Shown here: positions 22,639 through 35,148 of the stretch, piece after piece | Position numbering within the stretch: position 1 is the first letter of the stretch | Layout: each line of letters begins with the position of its first letter | NCBI RefSeq assembly: GCF_001194135.2 | Contig: NC_068981.1 | Location: 199,435,903-199,499,902 of the forward strand | Direction: 5' to 3' | Length of the DNA stretch: 64,000 nt | From: Octopus bimaculoides | Taxonomy: Eukaryota | Made by a program: the position numbers and the translations under genes | The notes under the pieces: generated by a model | What the model was told of the DNA's origin: nothing | Database searches by the model: none | What the model saw: the letters and a program-made list of their open reading frames with translations, nothing else

Positions 22639-23129
22639 GTACAAATTTCTCAATCATATATTGTTTATTCATATTTAATTGTGAATTTATCATTTTTAAA
22701 TGTCTTCTACAGTCAAAACATTTGATTTTCTCTTAAAAATCTTAAGATCAGCCCACATCGGCAAAACTGAGGGCTAGAAGTGTTGTGTCCCACCCACACG
22801 TAACAACCTTTTCACACACTCTACCCCAAGAAACCAAACTACATCTCTTCTTTTAAACAGCATCTTTCTCTCCCTCACATTTTCTCTTCATAAACTATGA
22901 TTGTCTTCCAATCCCCTTTCCTGCCCCCCCCCCACTGCTCTGTTCACTGCTTTCCCCCACTCCCCATTTTTCTACCCGGGTTGTCCCAATCCCCATTCCT
23001 TACTTGTGTCTGTGTGGGTTTATTATGACCTTCATACCCCTCTCTTCTTGACCATTCCATCTATGCTCTGAGTATACCCTGCCACTTCACCATCTCTCTC
23101 CTCAATCTCTCTTACACTTTTGCTGTTTC

Positions 23130-23163
<34 letters not shown>

Positions 23164-23599
23164 CTCTGGCTGAGTTGCCACCTATTTCTGCCCTCATTCT
23201 TGGTCTCTCTCTCTCTCTCTCCCTTGCTCTTCCCTCTGGCTGGGTTGCCATGTATCTCTTCTAGAGCAGCACTCCTATTTCTGCCCTCATTCTTGATTAC
23301 TCTCACCATCTCTTGTTTTTCCTCTGACCAGGTAACTAAGTGTCTCCTTTACATCAGCACACCTGTTTCTGTCCTCTATCTCGTACCCCTCTCTCTTCCG
23401 CTCACTCTCTTTCTTTCTCTCTCCCCTCTCTCTCTCTCTCTCACTCTCTCACTGGATAACCATGTACCTCCTCTATAGTAAGACACCTGTTTCTGCCTCT
23501 GTCTCTCTGTCCCCCTCTAACCTTTCACCCTCTGACACAAGTTCCCCTCCTCATATACCTCCTCCCCCCCCCTCTCATAATTCCTCATCTTGCGAGTTA

Positions 23600-23912
23600 C
23601 ATGTTGACCCTGTCAGTGCTGGTGCCACGTCAAAAGCATCCAGTCCACACTGTGACATGGTTAGCATTTGGAAGGGCAACCAGCTGTAAAAAATCATGTC
23701 AAAACTGACCCCACCTGTGCTAGTCCCACATAAAAAGCACTGAGCCCACTCTGCAGAGTGGTTGGTGTTGTGAAGGGCATCCAGCCATAAAACCCTGTGG
23801 AAACAGACACAGAAGCCTAAGGAAGTTTTTCTACTTGGCTGGCTCCTGTCATCTGTCCTACCCATGCCAGCATGGAAAGCAGAAGTTAAACAATGATGAT
23901 GATGATGATGAT
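23600..23912 (+). mobile_element. RTE-related tail variant
   Basis: Ends CCCATGCCAGCATGGAAAGCAGAAGTTAAACAATGATGAT; the same variant occurs at 26720-26965. Confidence 0.75.
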
Positions 23913-25737
23913 GAATCTATATTATATTATTTATATTTCATCCTAAAATGTCAAGCTGATACTATTATTCATCATAAATACAATTTTTAACCCCACAGTC
24001 TTCTAAGGCATCCATTCCTTTTGTTTCTTGTATTTAGAAAAAAGTCTTTCTCAACCAACAAACATTACTTTATCTATTCATGAGAAAATATTAGCAAAAT
24101 TAATTTAACTAGAAATGCAGCAAGGGAAAATGCCATCGGCCAAGGAGTGATACTTTCAATTATCTGGCAAGAGTAACTTAAAATGCTGGACAAGTATTGA
24201 TCTTGTGACCACTAAAGTAAAACTGTCACTGAGTTGATGAATAAATCACTAAATAAACATAAAAACCTGTCCTCCATTCGTTGGTATAGGAATAATGAAT
24301 TCTGGAGATTCTAAATAAATTCTGAAATGTCTTCTGTACAATGAAACTAAAGGTGAGTTGGTGTTAAGATATTTAATATAGAGAGTAGTAAATAACTGAT
24401 TAGAAATAATTGTGTGCTGAGATAGAAAGGCAGACATACAAAATGCACAGATAGGCTGAGAGAGAGAGACTCATAGGCAGATAGGAAGATAGTCACACAG
24501 ACAGACAGGCAGATTGCAGAGTTGGTGCTGATAGGAAATAACTGAAAACTCTACCATCCATTATCCTGGTAGTGGATGGTAGAATTGGTAGAATGTCAAA
24601 GCAGTGGATAGTAGAATTAAGAGAACTTTAGGAGACAGATTGATAAAACCAGCAGACCTCCATTGCAGGGGATTCACAGAATGAGTAAAGTATGAGAAAA
24701 ATATTATGTGCTGTTTTATTGTTTCCTCTTAAGTTCTTGTTTACTTTTCCATTAGGTCCGCTTAACTTTTCATTCTTCAGAGGTCAATAACACAAAATAC
24801 CAGTCATATCTGGGAGTTTATTTAATCAATTGTTTTCTCCCCACAAAACAGGCAGACTTGTGGTGTCTTAACTTCCTCCATATTACAGAATTTATGAGTG
24901 ACCAGTAGCAGAATATATAATATTTATGAGTGGTTATTGACAGGCAGAATATGCAGGATTTATGAATGTTGATTAACAATATTCATGATTGATGAATAGT
25001 GGTAAACACAATATATAAAATTTATGAGTGATAATGAATAGATTGTACAGGATTTACGAATGGTTGAATGACCAATGACAGAATTGATAAAACTTTAGTT
25101 TAAATAATTTAGTTTGTGCTTCCATACATTCATATCTTCCATTCAAATCCTGCCAAATTCCACTTTACCTTTCAGTCTTCTTAGGTCAATAAAATACCTG
25201 TTATATACTGGGTTCATTTAATTGATTATATGTGGTTTGTCCCTTTGTGCAGGAAATCTTTATTATAAGAAAAGCTAAATGTTTCCACACAACTTCTCTT
25301 TCTTATATAAACATGACATTTAAAGTAATTGACTTCTTTCATGGATTGTTGAAAACCCTACACCATCTCACCAGCAAATTTTCCATATATTTGCATTAAA
25401 GGTTAAAATATTTCATTCCTCTTCTTTAACAAATTCAATAACCTCTTCATCAATTAATATAAATTAGTCTTTATTCTTCAAGATTACTCTCAAAGCTGTT
25501 CTAATTCCTACATTCATCCACTTCCAGGGAAAATACTTCAAGCAATCAACAGCATTTAGAAGCTGCAGTCGTTATTGCTTTGAAGAGTTAATTGAAATTT
25601 CTTTGGTTCTTTGCTAATTTTGGATAAGTAGTCATTTGGTTAAATAAAAAAAAATTCGTTTACAGCTATATGCATACATACATATATATATGTGTGTGTG
25701 TGTACATAGGTATGTATATGTGTATGTATATATAGGT

Positions 25738-25900
25738 ACAGAGCTGGACATTAGTCTGTTAATCCATTAATTGTTAATTAAGGAAGTTAACATTTATGTT
25801 AACGATTTAACTTTTAAGTTAACTTTGAAAATTATTATCGGACTAATTAACTTCCGTTACATTTAGCTTCCATTAACTCAAAAATTTCATAAAAACCAGT
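25738..25900. mobile_element. DNA-transposon terminus with GTTAAC subterminal repeats (hAT-like)
   Basis: CAGAGCTGGAC start followed by many TTAAC/GTTAAC motifs. Confidence 0.5.
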
Positions 25901-25929
25901 AAACATTTAAAAGTTTCTATTGTTTTCAG

Positions 25930-25958
25930 ATTGTCTTAGCATATTTAATATTGTACAG
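25930..25958 (+). CDS. Candidate 29-nt micro-exon (IVLAYLILY or DCLSIFNIVQ)
   Basis: tttctattgttttcag| and CAG|gtaaat; two frames open. Confidence 0.45.
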
Positions 25959-26165
25959 GTAAATCTTTCAACCCTGATATAATGCCACTTATCATTATAA
26001 ATAACTTGTTGAATCTCGTTTGGCCCTGCCTGGATTTGAAACCAAATTCATCCACTTGTTGTTACTTGCAAAGACAGTGGGAAAATTCTTTGTCCTGTCA
26101 TAGAGGGAACAGTGATTGATCTGTTTCCACTTGATCCATGACCTCACTGAGGTGGATGTCAACAG

Positions 26166-26218
26166 AGAAAATATTGACTTCCATAAAGTGGAAAAAATAA
26201 ATGGAAGCAAAAATATTG
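26166..26218 (+). CDS. Weak candidate 53-nt exon (ENIDFHKVEKINGSKNI)
   Basis: Good G|gtaaat donor, weak acceptor; its phases (2 to 1) would join the 25930 and 26452 exons. Confidence 0.3.
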
Positions 26219-26451
26219 GTAAATATTTCGGTGTGAACGCAAATAGCTGCTACGTGGTAGCAAGGAATGCTAGAAATTGCAACCAAATCTTTCCTTTTCT
26301 GGAGAAAAGGAGCCGTTTACCCATGATTTTGATATCACATTTGTTGAAAGCATGCAAAATAACCAGGAAATGAAAAAAAGACCCACGAAACAAAAGTCCC
26401 TTGGTGGGAAACTTTGAGGTCCCCACCACCCCTCCCACCTTTCTTTTCCAG

Positions 26452-26538
26452 AAAAATATGGCTTGCGAATGGTTTGGAGGTCAGATATGTTGAATGCACC
26501 TGAAGAAAATTGTGGAAAAAAAATTATTCCACACCAAG
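26452..26538 (+). CDS. Candidate 87-nt exon (EKYGLRMVWRSDMLNAPEENCGKKIIPHQ, phase 1 to 1)
   Basis: cctcccacctttcttttccag| and CAAG|gtatga; only one frame open. Confidence 0.6.
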
Positions 26539-26719
26539 GTATGAAATATTTACTGAAAGAATAAAATCTTGTATTGATTGTACCTGTATTTTAATTATTT
26601 CAAATTAATATACCTCATCTTGAAAAGTAGCAAAATTTTTGTCGGTTGCCATCTGGAATAATTTTAGTGAACAAATCAAATAGGTGAGATGCATTTAGAA
26701 TTTCACGTTAAAAGCAACC

Positions 26720-26965
26720 AGTCCACACTATAATATGGTTGGCATTTGGAAGGGCAGCCAGCTGTAAAAATCTCACCAAAACTAACTTTGCCTGTGCTTG
26801 TGCCATGTAAAAGTCCACTCTGCAGAGTGGTTGGTGTTAGGGAGGGCATCCAACTGTAAAAACCCTGCCAAAACAGACACAGTGGCCTAGGGTAGTTATT
26901 CTATCTGGCTGGCTCCTGTCAACCGTCCTACCCATGCATGCATGGAAGATGGATGTTACATGATG
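26720..26965 (+). mobile_element. RTE-related tail variant
   Basis: Similar to 23600-23912. Confidence 0.75.
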
Positions 26966-27235
26966 ACATATATATATATATATACATATATATACATATA
27001 TACATATATACATATATACATATATGTATGCATGTTTGTATGTTTGTGTCTCCTTGTCTTAGCATTGCATGATGGTTGTAAATGAGTGTCACTGTCATAC
27101 ACGCAGTGTCCTTGCTTTCTGTGAAAACTTGTCTAGCTAATTGGGTAGTATTATTACTTGGCTCAGAAGCAACAAGGAGAGCAGTCAGCTAAAGCAAATT
27201 GGCTTCATTAAACTTTTCCAAACCGATGCTTACAT

Positions 27236-27620
27236 CATCATCATCGTCGTCGTTTAATGTCTGCCTTCCATGCTGACATGGGTTGGACGGTTTGACTGAG
27301 AGCTGGCAAGCCAGGAGGCTACACCAGGCTCCAATCTGATCTGGCAAAGTTTCTATAGCTGGATACTCTTCCTAACAGCAACCACTCTGAGAGTGTAGTT
27401 GGTGCTGTTATACATGCTACCAGTATGGGAGCCAGTCGGGCAGTACTGACATTGACCACGCTTGAATGGTGCTTTTTACGTGCCACTGGCATGGGAGCCA
27501 GTCAGACGGCACTGGCATCGACCAGCATCAAATGGTGCTTTTTATGTGCCACTGGCACGGGACCAGTCTTGCCGGCACTGGCATCGACCACACTCGAATG
27601 GTGCTTTTTACATGCCATTG
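27236..27620 (-). mobile_element. RTE 3' UTR and tail with about four internal units
   Basis: Conserved tail plus GGTGCTTTTTA units. Confidence 0.85.
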
Positions 27621-28034
27621 TAAAGTTATTCTCAGAATAACATTCTCCGTCCCCTTTTTCCATCCATTTCTCTATGTCCCCATCTCATCCCTACAAGTTC
27701 TGCACAACTGCATTACTTCCCTCGTGAGAGTTAGAGCTAGATAGAGAGTTTAAGATAGATAGAGAGAGAGAGAGAAGGGGGGTGGAGAGAAAGAATCAAT
27801 GTGACTCAGACAGAACCAGTGTGATACAGTGAGTAAGAAGGCTGTTCCTTTTGAATTACAGGTACAATCCATCTAATGGGCTTTCCTACAGTTTCTGTCT
27901 ACTATAGAGCATATTCCATAGTGGGATTGATCCCAGAACCTAGAAGTTATCAAGTAAAGTTCTTCACCATTCGGTTATACAACCCTTACATTTACTTACA
28001 TACATACACAACTGTGTTTGTGTGCATCTACGTA

Positions 28035-28071
<37 letters not shown>

Positions 28072-28602
28072 ACACACACACACACACATATAATACATGT
28101 ATAATGTATGAATATATGTCTCTATGTAAATCTATACATCTGTGACTGAATCGGTTTGTATGGATATACCTGTGCATGTTAGAAATTATGAATTATATTT
28201 AAAGCAGAATAAGGAGATTACTACTCAAGAATAGATGCTGTTAGTGAATAATCCTCTTAATGGATGCGGATAACTTAGATTTACTTAAGTTTATATTATT
28301 TGTGTGTATATTATATTTGTGTAGAGAGATATGACTGTTTATACATACCATGATAAACATACCCTTGAATAAAGTGTATATGTAACTCTTTGCCTGCAAA
28401 TGTATGTGTGTATGTGTGTGTGTGTGTATATATATGTATAAACATATATGTATACATATATACATATACATACATACATACATACATACATTCATCATCA
28501 TCACCATCATTATATATGTATGTATATATATATATATATCTTCTTTTATCCCTTTGCATGTTCCAATCAAAACACTATGACCATGTTAGAGCACACACAC
28601 TT

Positions 28603-28639
<37 letters not shown>

Positions 28640-28994
28640 CGTGCGCATTTTGCTATGGGAAACAAAACCAGTATTAAAGTAAAATAGTAGTCTGTGTATC
28701 ATAGTTAATGCAAAGACATCACAAAAAGCCAAATGAACTGCTGTATTCACCTGGAGATAATGTATCTTATGGACGTATTGTGTTAAATGACACAAAAATA
28801 TGTCAGTACTAAATGAAAATTGTCTTTCTCTGATGTATTCACATTAAGTATGATGCACAGATATTGTCTCTATTGCACATAATGAATCTTTATTCTGCTG
28901 GTTGGCTAATTACAACATCAGTGATTCTTCAGTCACTGTTTTCTTATATCAGTTACAACAGATTTAGACTTAGCATGTGATTACCAATGGGTAC

Positions 28995-29040
28995 TTGCTC
29001 CTGAAGAAGCCCCAAAAAGACAGAAATACATGACTAGCAA
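28995..29040 (+). ncRNA. Degenerate hammerhead-like motif
   Basis: TTGCT-c-CTGAAGA...GAAA...AGCAA; stem I is retained, stems II and III are decayed. Confidence 0.3.
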
Positions 29041-29356
29041 TACCACCACCACCACTGGATGAGTTTTGCCAGTTACTTATTATATATTGTTTGTGTTATT
29101 TAACACTGTACGTCTATCAGAGATGTTATCTCAGGACATATACAGCAACTAATTTGACTTATCACTATGTATTTGCACTAAGTATCACACATGCACACAC
29201 ACTTACTCACACACACACACACACTTACTCACACACACACACTTACTCACACACACACACATGTATAGAAAACCTTCCTCAGTGAATTCAGTCTGACCCA
29301 TGCAAACATGGAAAAGTGGATGCTAAATGATAATGATGATGATGATGAGGAAGATG

Positions 29357-29408
<52 letters not shown>

Positions 29409-29446
29409 AAAGCGGACGTTAAACGATATATAAATGCGTGTATGTA

Positions 29447-30125
29447 TAAGAGGGAATACCCAAAAGTAACAGGAAATGTTGCCTGAGGGTCACATCAAGT
29501 GGCTTCTAGCGACAGAAGCCACTTGATGCGACCTTCAGGCATCAGTCATCGAGTATAGTCCTACAGCCACATGGTGTATCTTTGTTTCACAGTGATTCTT
29601 CCCTGTTTGTCGATTTTTGCGATAGTTGAAATAAAGAAACAGCGTGCTTCCATGAAATTTTGTTTTCTACAGGAGAAAATGGCGGCTGAAACAGTTGTCA
29701 TGCTTCAAACAGCTTACAAAGATGCTGCTATGAGCAAAAACCAAGTTTACAACTGGTTCTGACGCTTTAGGAATGGTCACTTGTTGTTTGAAGACCAACC
29801 TCATTCAGAGCGACTGTCGACCTCCCAAACAAATGAAAACATTCACCGAACAATTGACGAGTTCGTTGGTATGACTGGTATATCTTGGAACTCCTGCCAA
29901 CAAATTTTGAGCAAAGAATTGCAAATGAAAAGAGTTGCAGCAAAATTTATGCCTCACTTGCTCGCGGAAGATCAAAAGCAGTCATGGTTGAATGTGTGCC
30001 GTGAACTGAAAGAATAGTTGGAAGTTGAACTGAACCTTTTTCGTAGGTCATCACTGCTGACGAAAGCTGGTGCCACGGCTACGACCTGGAAACAAAGTAA
30101 CAATCAAATCACAAGAAGCACTTAA
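29447..30125 (+). mobile_element. 3'-truncated mariner transposon
   Basis: QRASMKFCF...ETVVMLQTAYKDAAMSKNQVYNWF, KRVAAKFMPHLL, ITADESWCHGYD; TIR-like start GAGGGAATACCCAAAAGTAAC. Confidence 0.88.
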
Positions 30126-30443
30126 TGTCACCCCCGCCCCCAAGTGCAGAGCAAGACACTTTATTTCACGTTGCTCCAGTTCACTCAGCTGTAGAAATGA
30201 GTTGCAGCATCACTGGTGCCCAGCTGTATCGGCCCCTTTTGCCCTTCTTTGGGATAACATTAGTGGCATGGAGAGGACAGGCTGGTAGGCATGGCCGACT
30301 GCTAGTCTTCCATAAACAACCTTGTCTGGACTTTCTACATGCAATTCCATGATCATTCTTGACCGAAGGGGTCTCTCTCGAGCATAAAGTATGTATATGT
30401 ATACACACACACACACTTCAAGTGCTTGTATCTTTCTAACTTT

Positions 30444-30474
<31 letters not shown>

Positions 30475-30659
30475 CTGTCTGTCTTTCTGTCTGTGCCAAT
30501 ACATACATTAAAAACATTTTTACTGACCACTACTAAAATTCAGGATATTTTTCAAAACAATTTTCTTTTTTGTAGAAGTGAAATTATTATCGTTAGATTT
30601 AAGCCCCTAGGACACATTATGAACTGATTGGTGTTAAGGAGAGCATCCAGCTGTAGAAA

Positions 30660-31445
30660 CCATTTTAAAGTAGACAGTGGTTGAGGGTACCTGTGGAAGA
30701 GGTAAACCCAGGAAGACCTGGGATGAGGTGGTGAAGCACGACCTTCGAACATTAGGCCTCACCAAGGCAATGAGTAGTGACCAAAACCTTTGGAAATATG
30801 CTGTGCGTGAGAAGACCCGGCAAGCCAAATGAAACCATAACCCATGGCCTCTGCCAGGGGTGTAACCAGCCCACTTATGCGTACCTTTCCTTCATCGGAC
30901 ACTAAACTCTGCTTGCGAAGACCTGCTGAGGCAAGTGAAATCGAAATTGAAATCAAAATCATATTCGATGACAGCACTGCATGATTGGCATCCATACTAG
31001 TGGAGCACTAAGAGCACCATCCAAGCATGATCGCTGCCAGGGTCACTGACTGGCTCCTGTGCTGGTGGCACGTAAAAAGCACCATTTTGAGTGTGGCCAT
31101 TGCCAGTACCGCCTGACTGGCCCTCGTGCTGGTGGCACATAAAAGCACCCAATACACTCTCGGAGTGGTTGGCGTTAGGAAGGGCATCCAGCTGTAGAAA
31201 CTCTGCCAGATCAGATTGGAGCCTGGTGCAGCCATCTGGTTCACCAGTCCTCAGTCAAATCGTCTAACCCATGCTAGCATGGGAAGCGGACGTTAAACAA
31301 TGAAGATAATGATGATGATGATGATGATGATGATGTTGATGATGATGATGATGAGTGGAGCATGATTAGTTCTTGGGTCCATTGGACCCTGCCAAAGCAT
31401 CCAACCTATGATAGCATGGAGCATGGATGTTAAATGATGAGGATG
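30660..31445 (+). mobile_element. RTE LINE 3' end (ORF end, UTR units, tail) plus a second tail piece
   Basis: VEGTCGRGKPRKTWDEVVKHDLRTLGLTKAMSSDQNLWKYAVREKTRQAK*, then the tail and (GAT)n. Confidence 0.9.
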
Positions 31446-31980
31446 ATTGTTTCTATAAAAATAATTATATTCATTTTATTCATTAGCAGAATTTAATATT
31501 CAGTACTTCTACCTCGAATATCTTTGAGTTCTTTTTTGCCTTCTTTGGTTTTTGTTTTACATTCTTCAAATGAGGTTCACTGTCACCTTGTCAATAATTT
31601 CGCTTCTAATTTATGCAATTTTTCTAAAATTATGCAATTAAATTTCTTGCTTTAAAGCAATATCAATCAATTTTTGACTTTAACGATCTGTCATTAATTT
31701 TTAATAATTACTGTTGTTTTTGTTGTTATTGTTTAACCCCAGGCCAGACTTGATCAAACAGATCTAAGATCAAAGATAGTTCAGTCCTGACCACACCATC
31801 CTCTTCCATGTGTTACTGTAAATGGGACTGGATTATGCAATGGTTATGCCATTAGCTAATTAGCACAAGTCTATGTGGTTGTTTAATTTGCTAAAAATAG
31901 AAGCTGAAACATCCTTATATCATATCTAACATTTTTTTTAAATGGTAGGAAACATTGTAAGACCATTTAACAGTATTCAT

Positions 31981-32078
31981 TCAAGAGATTGTCCAGTCAA
32001 GAGATTGTCCAGTCAAGAGATTGTCCAGTCAAGATATTGTCCAGTCAAGAGATTGTCCAGTCAAGAGATTGTCCAGTC
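31981..32078. repeat. 16-bp tandem repeat, 6 copies
   Basis: (TCAAGAGATTGTCCAG)6 with one variant unit. Confidence 0.95.
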
Positions 32079-32105
32079 TACAATGTATGATCTTTGATAA
32101 ACAAA

Positions 32106-32333
32106 TTAAGCCTTTAGCATTCAGATGATCCTGTCATTTCTAATGCTTATTTATTCCCATTGTTTTGAATTGATTGTGCAATATATCACAGCTTTGAGAT
32201 TTGCAAATGTGATTGATTATTTTAAGAATGACATTTTAGGTTAGATGTGAGAGGCCAGGTCTGGCCACTTTGAACATTAAACAAGGAGAATATTTTGGGC
32301 CGGATAGGGCAGGTTTAAATGCTAAAGGGTTAA
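32106..32333. mobile_element. piggyBac-type MITE flanked by TTAA
   Basis: TTAA-GCCTTTAGCATT ... AATGCTAAAGGG-TTAA. Confidence 0.75.
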
Positions 32334-32863
32334 GACATTTAGGTGAATGAGGAATGAATTCTCATATTGGTAAAGCATCAATCTTGAATAAACAGGCTGC
32401 TGCAGAAAGAGAAAGTATTTTCATATAGTTTGGTGCCAAGTTTTCAATAACACCGACAGTATAAAATTTAACCCATCAAATCTAAAACTTCAGGAAATCT
32501 TTGAAATTCTTTTCCCTCTCACATCTAAAATATTTGACTGAAAGGTCAATAAATTTGATTTAAAAGCCATATTTTGGCTGTGTCTTCAACTTTAAAGAGA
32601 CAACAAATAGTTCCATATTTGTACATTTGATTATGTGCTTTCATTTATTTTTTAGCCATTGTAGTGTTTTGGATGTAGAATGTAATTAATGTAAATAAAA
32701 TTTTAAAAGTTTGTGAAACAAACCTAATCTTCTGTTGTACACACCCAGAGACTGAGGGCACCCCCCCCCAGACAATTATAGTTCTTTTTACTAATACATC
32801 AAAGCAAAATTTCTTTTGATAGTGCTTGAAATTATGTTTTGGAGGGAGAATCTTCAGTATTCT

Positions 32864-32917
32864 CGTGATCCTCCGACCGCGAGTTCGCTGCCCTAACCAC
32901 TGGGCCATTGCGCCTCT
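32864..32917 (-). mobile_element. Truncated tRNA-derived SINE head
   Basis: GAGGCGCAATGGCCCAGTGGTTAGGGCAGCG carries an A box; no B box or acceptor stem follows. Confidence 0.65.
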
Positions 32918-33762
32918 ACAATTCACTGTGCATACCACCCTAAAAGTAACAGTGACAGGTTCTACCTACCATAAAAAGAAGGGGGCAGAGGATTGCAAAA
33001 TCCAGACAACACCATCAGTCCAGCCAAATTGAGTTTGAAAAAGATGATTAGATGTATATATAGGAAGGAGAATCTATGAAGAAATGTCCTCAGTTCCTTA
33101 CATGTCAGCTGTGAGGAGCATTTTCTCAAACAATAGACTACATTGTGCTCAAATGTCCCACACAGCCCCTACAAAATATGTTTGGAGACATTGTAATCTT
33201 GCTTCAAAAAACTTAGTGGCTGAACCTTATGACTTGTTAGAACACACACACACACAAAATTCAATGCTTATTTATAGCACAATGTCTCCTTATTAATCCA
33301 GTATTTAATACTGATTTTAAAACACAATCCTTTCTTATGTAATTTTTTCCAAGAAAACATTTTGTTTCGATTGCAATAGTAAAATATGTTTGGAGAAATA
33401 TGGAGCACAAAAGTCAATTTAAAAAAAAGCCATGAGATGAGCAAAAACACAAAAGATACCAAAACTGGTTATGGCTGTCAGTTTGAAAAATCTAAGTAAT
33501 ATATAGTTATCAACAAAATCTGAACCAGTTACTCAATAAGAAACTTAAGATGCAACAACTTTATAACAAGTCTCAGAGCAAACAAGTCATTACTAAATGA
33601 GAGCCTCAAACATTAAAGAGTAATGAAGAGAAAATGTTTGCTTGCCACAAAATATTTAAAAATTTGAGTAAGCAGCAACCTTTTCCATTGATATCTTAAA
33701 TTCACTCCAATTCACTCTCTATTTCGTATCTAATCTAAATTGCTTAACCGTCTTCTCACACC

Positions 33763-33810
33763 GTCTCCGATGAAGGGATATAATAAATACCCTGGAAACA
33801 GCTGTAAGAC
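33763..33810 (+). ncRNA. Type-I hammerhead motif with a U4-to-C core change
   Basis: GUCU-CCGAUGA-AGGG...CCCU-G-GAAA-C(AGCU)GUA-AGAC: stem I GUCU/AGAC, GUA cleavage triplet. Confidence 0.5.
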
Positions 33811-34184
33811 CTTCTATTTATAAATGTTCTATATTATACACAGCTTTGGTATTTTATCTCATTATGAAAAGTAAATTTTTATATACACATGCTGATATAT
33901 GACCTACGTTGGCCCCCTTATTCGTATAATCACCAAACCTGGAGCTTAACTATGGTCTATCCACAGCACTTGCTCAGCATTACCTGACAACTCTGGGTCT
34001 CATTGACACCACTACCGCTCATANNNNNNNNNNNNNNNNNNNNNNNNNNNNNNNNNNNNNNNNNNNNNNNNNNNNNNNNNNNNNNNNNNNNNNNNNNNNN
34101 NNNNNNNNNNNNNNNNNNNNNNNNNNNNNNNNNNNNNNNNNNNNNNNNNNTATATACATATATATATATACATATATATATATC

Positions 34185-34960
34185 TTCCACCCTTTCTGAA
34201 CCAAACATTTTCGTGAAAGGAACAAATTTAGAAGTCATTGACACCTTTGTTTATCTTAGAAGCAGACTGTCAAGAGATGGTAGTCTTCATACAGAGATGT
34301 ATTATCGAATAGGGAAGGGAAATATTGCAGTTGGAAAGCTTGAAAAGCAAGTCTGGGTGAATAGAGGTATTTCCCTGCTGACAAAAATCAGTGTCTAGAA
34401 AGCGTGTGTATTGACTGCACTTCTTTGTTCAAGTAAGACGTGGACCACTTAAAGGCATCATATGAAAAGTGCCTCAGACATTTCTTGGGAGACAAGTGAG
34501 AATGTTTCATACAAGAGACAGAAGTTTTGTGCATCAAATGTTGTAGCTCAAATAAACAATATGTTATTTTGGTTCAAATGAGATGGACTGGTCATGTTAT
34601 TAGAATGAAAGGTAAGTGATGGTCAAAGCATATTTTTTATGGTGAGCTCAACTCTGGCAACATAAACCATGGAAAAGGTAAAAGGACTGTGTGAAGGAAA
34701 ACCTGAAAAAACTAGGTATGAAGAAAAATGACTGGGAAAATAATTTTCTAGACTAGAAAAGGTGGAGAGGTGCTGTTAGGACTGGTTGCAATGCCTGGGA
34801 GGAAAAGATGATTCAGCACTCTGAACTGAAAAGGGCCTGCCGCAAAGGAACAATTGGGACTGTAATCAGCAGTGAACATTGGATATATATTGTGTGTGAT
34901 CGTGTTCTGCTGTCAAAAGCAGGATACGTGAATCATATGAAGTCACGTGGAAATCGAAAT
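34185..34960 (+). mobile_element. Degenerate RTE RT C-terminal fragment
   Basis: LEVIDTFVYLRSRLSRDGSLHTEMYYRIGKG...LTKISV, and a later RWTGHVIRM-like segment. Confidence 0.8.
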
Positions 34961-35148
34961 GCCCAGACAAGTATGCAGACTGTATTTTATGTGTTAACAT
35001 TAATCGTATTTACACATAGATGTGTTCACACTCACACACACTCACACACACACACATGTATATGTATCCTATCAACATAAAATGCTGTGTTAACTTTTAT
35101 TCAAATTCCTTTGGTTATTATTTGTTGGTGATTCGTTGGAAAAACGCT

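Noticed and set aside
24038-24110. Terminal exon EKSLSQPTNITLSIHEKILAKLI*
   Set aside because: Good acceptor, but it conflicts with stronger downstream exons and the peptide is short; unresolved without RNA data.
28953-28990. SLC22-like VTTDLDLACDYQW exon
   Set aside because: 13-aa resemblance with a weak donor and no supporting transporter exons.
33102-33168. Minus-strand exon with vWD-like GLCGTF
   Set aside because: The motif does not continue as a vWD domain and no partner exons were found; could be chance.
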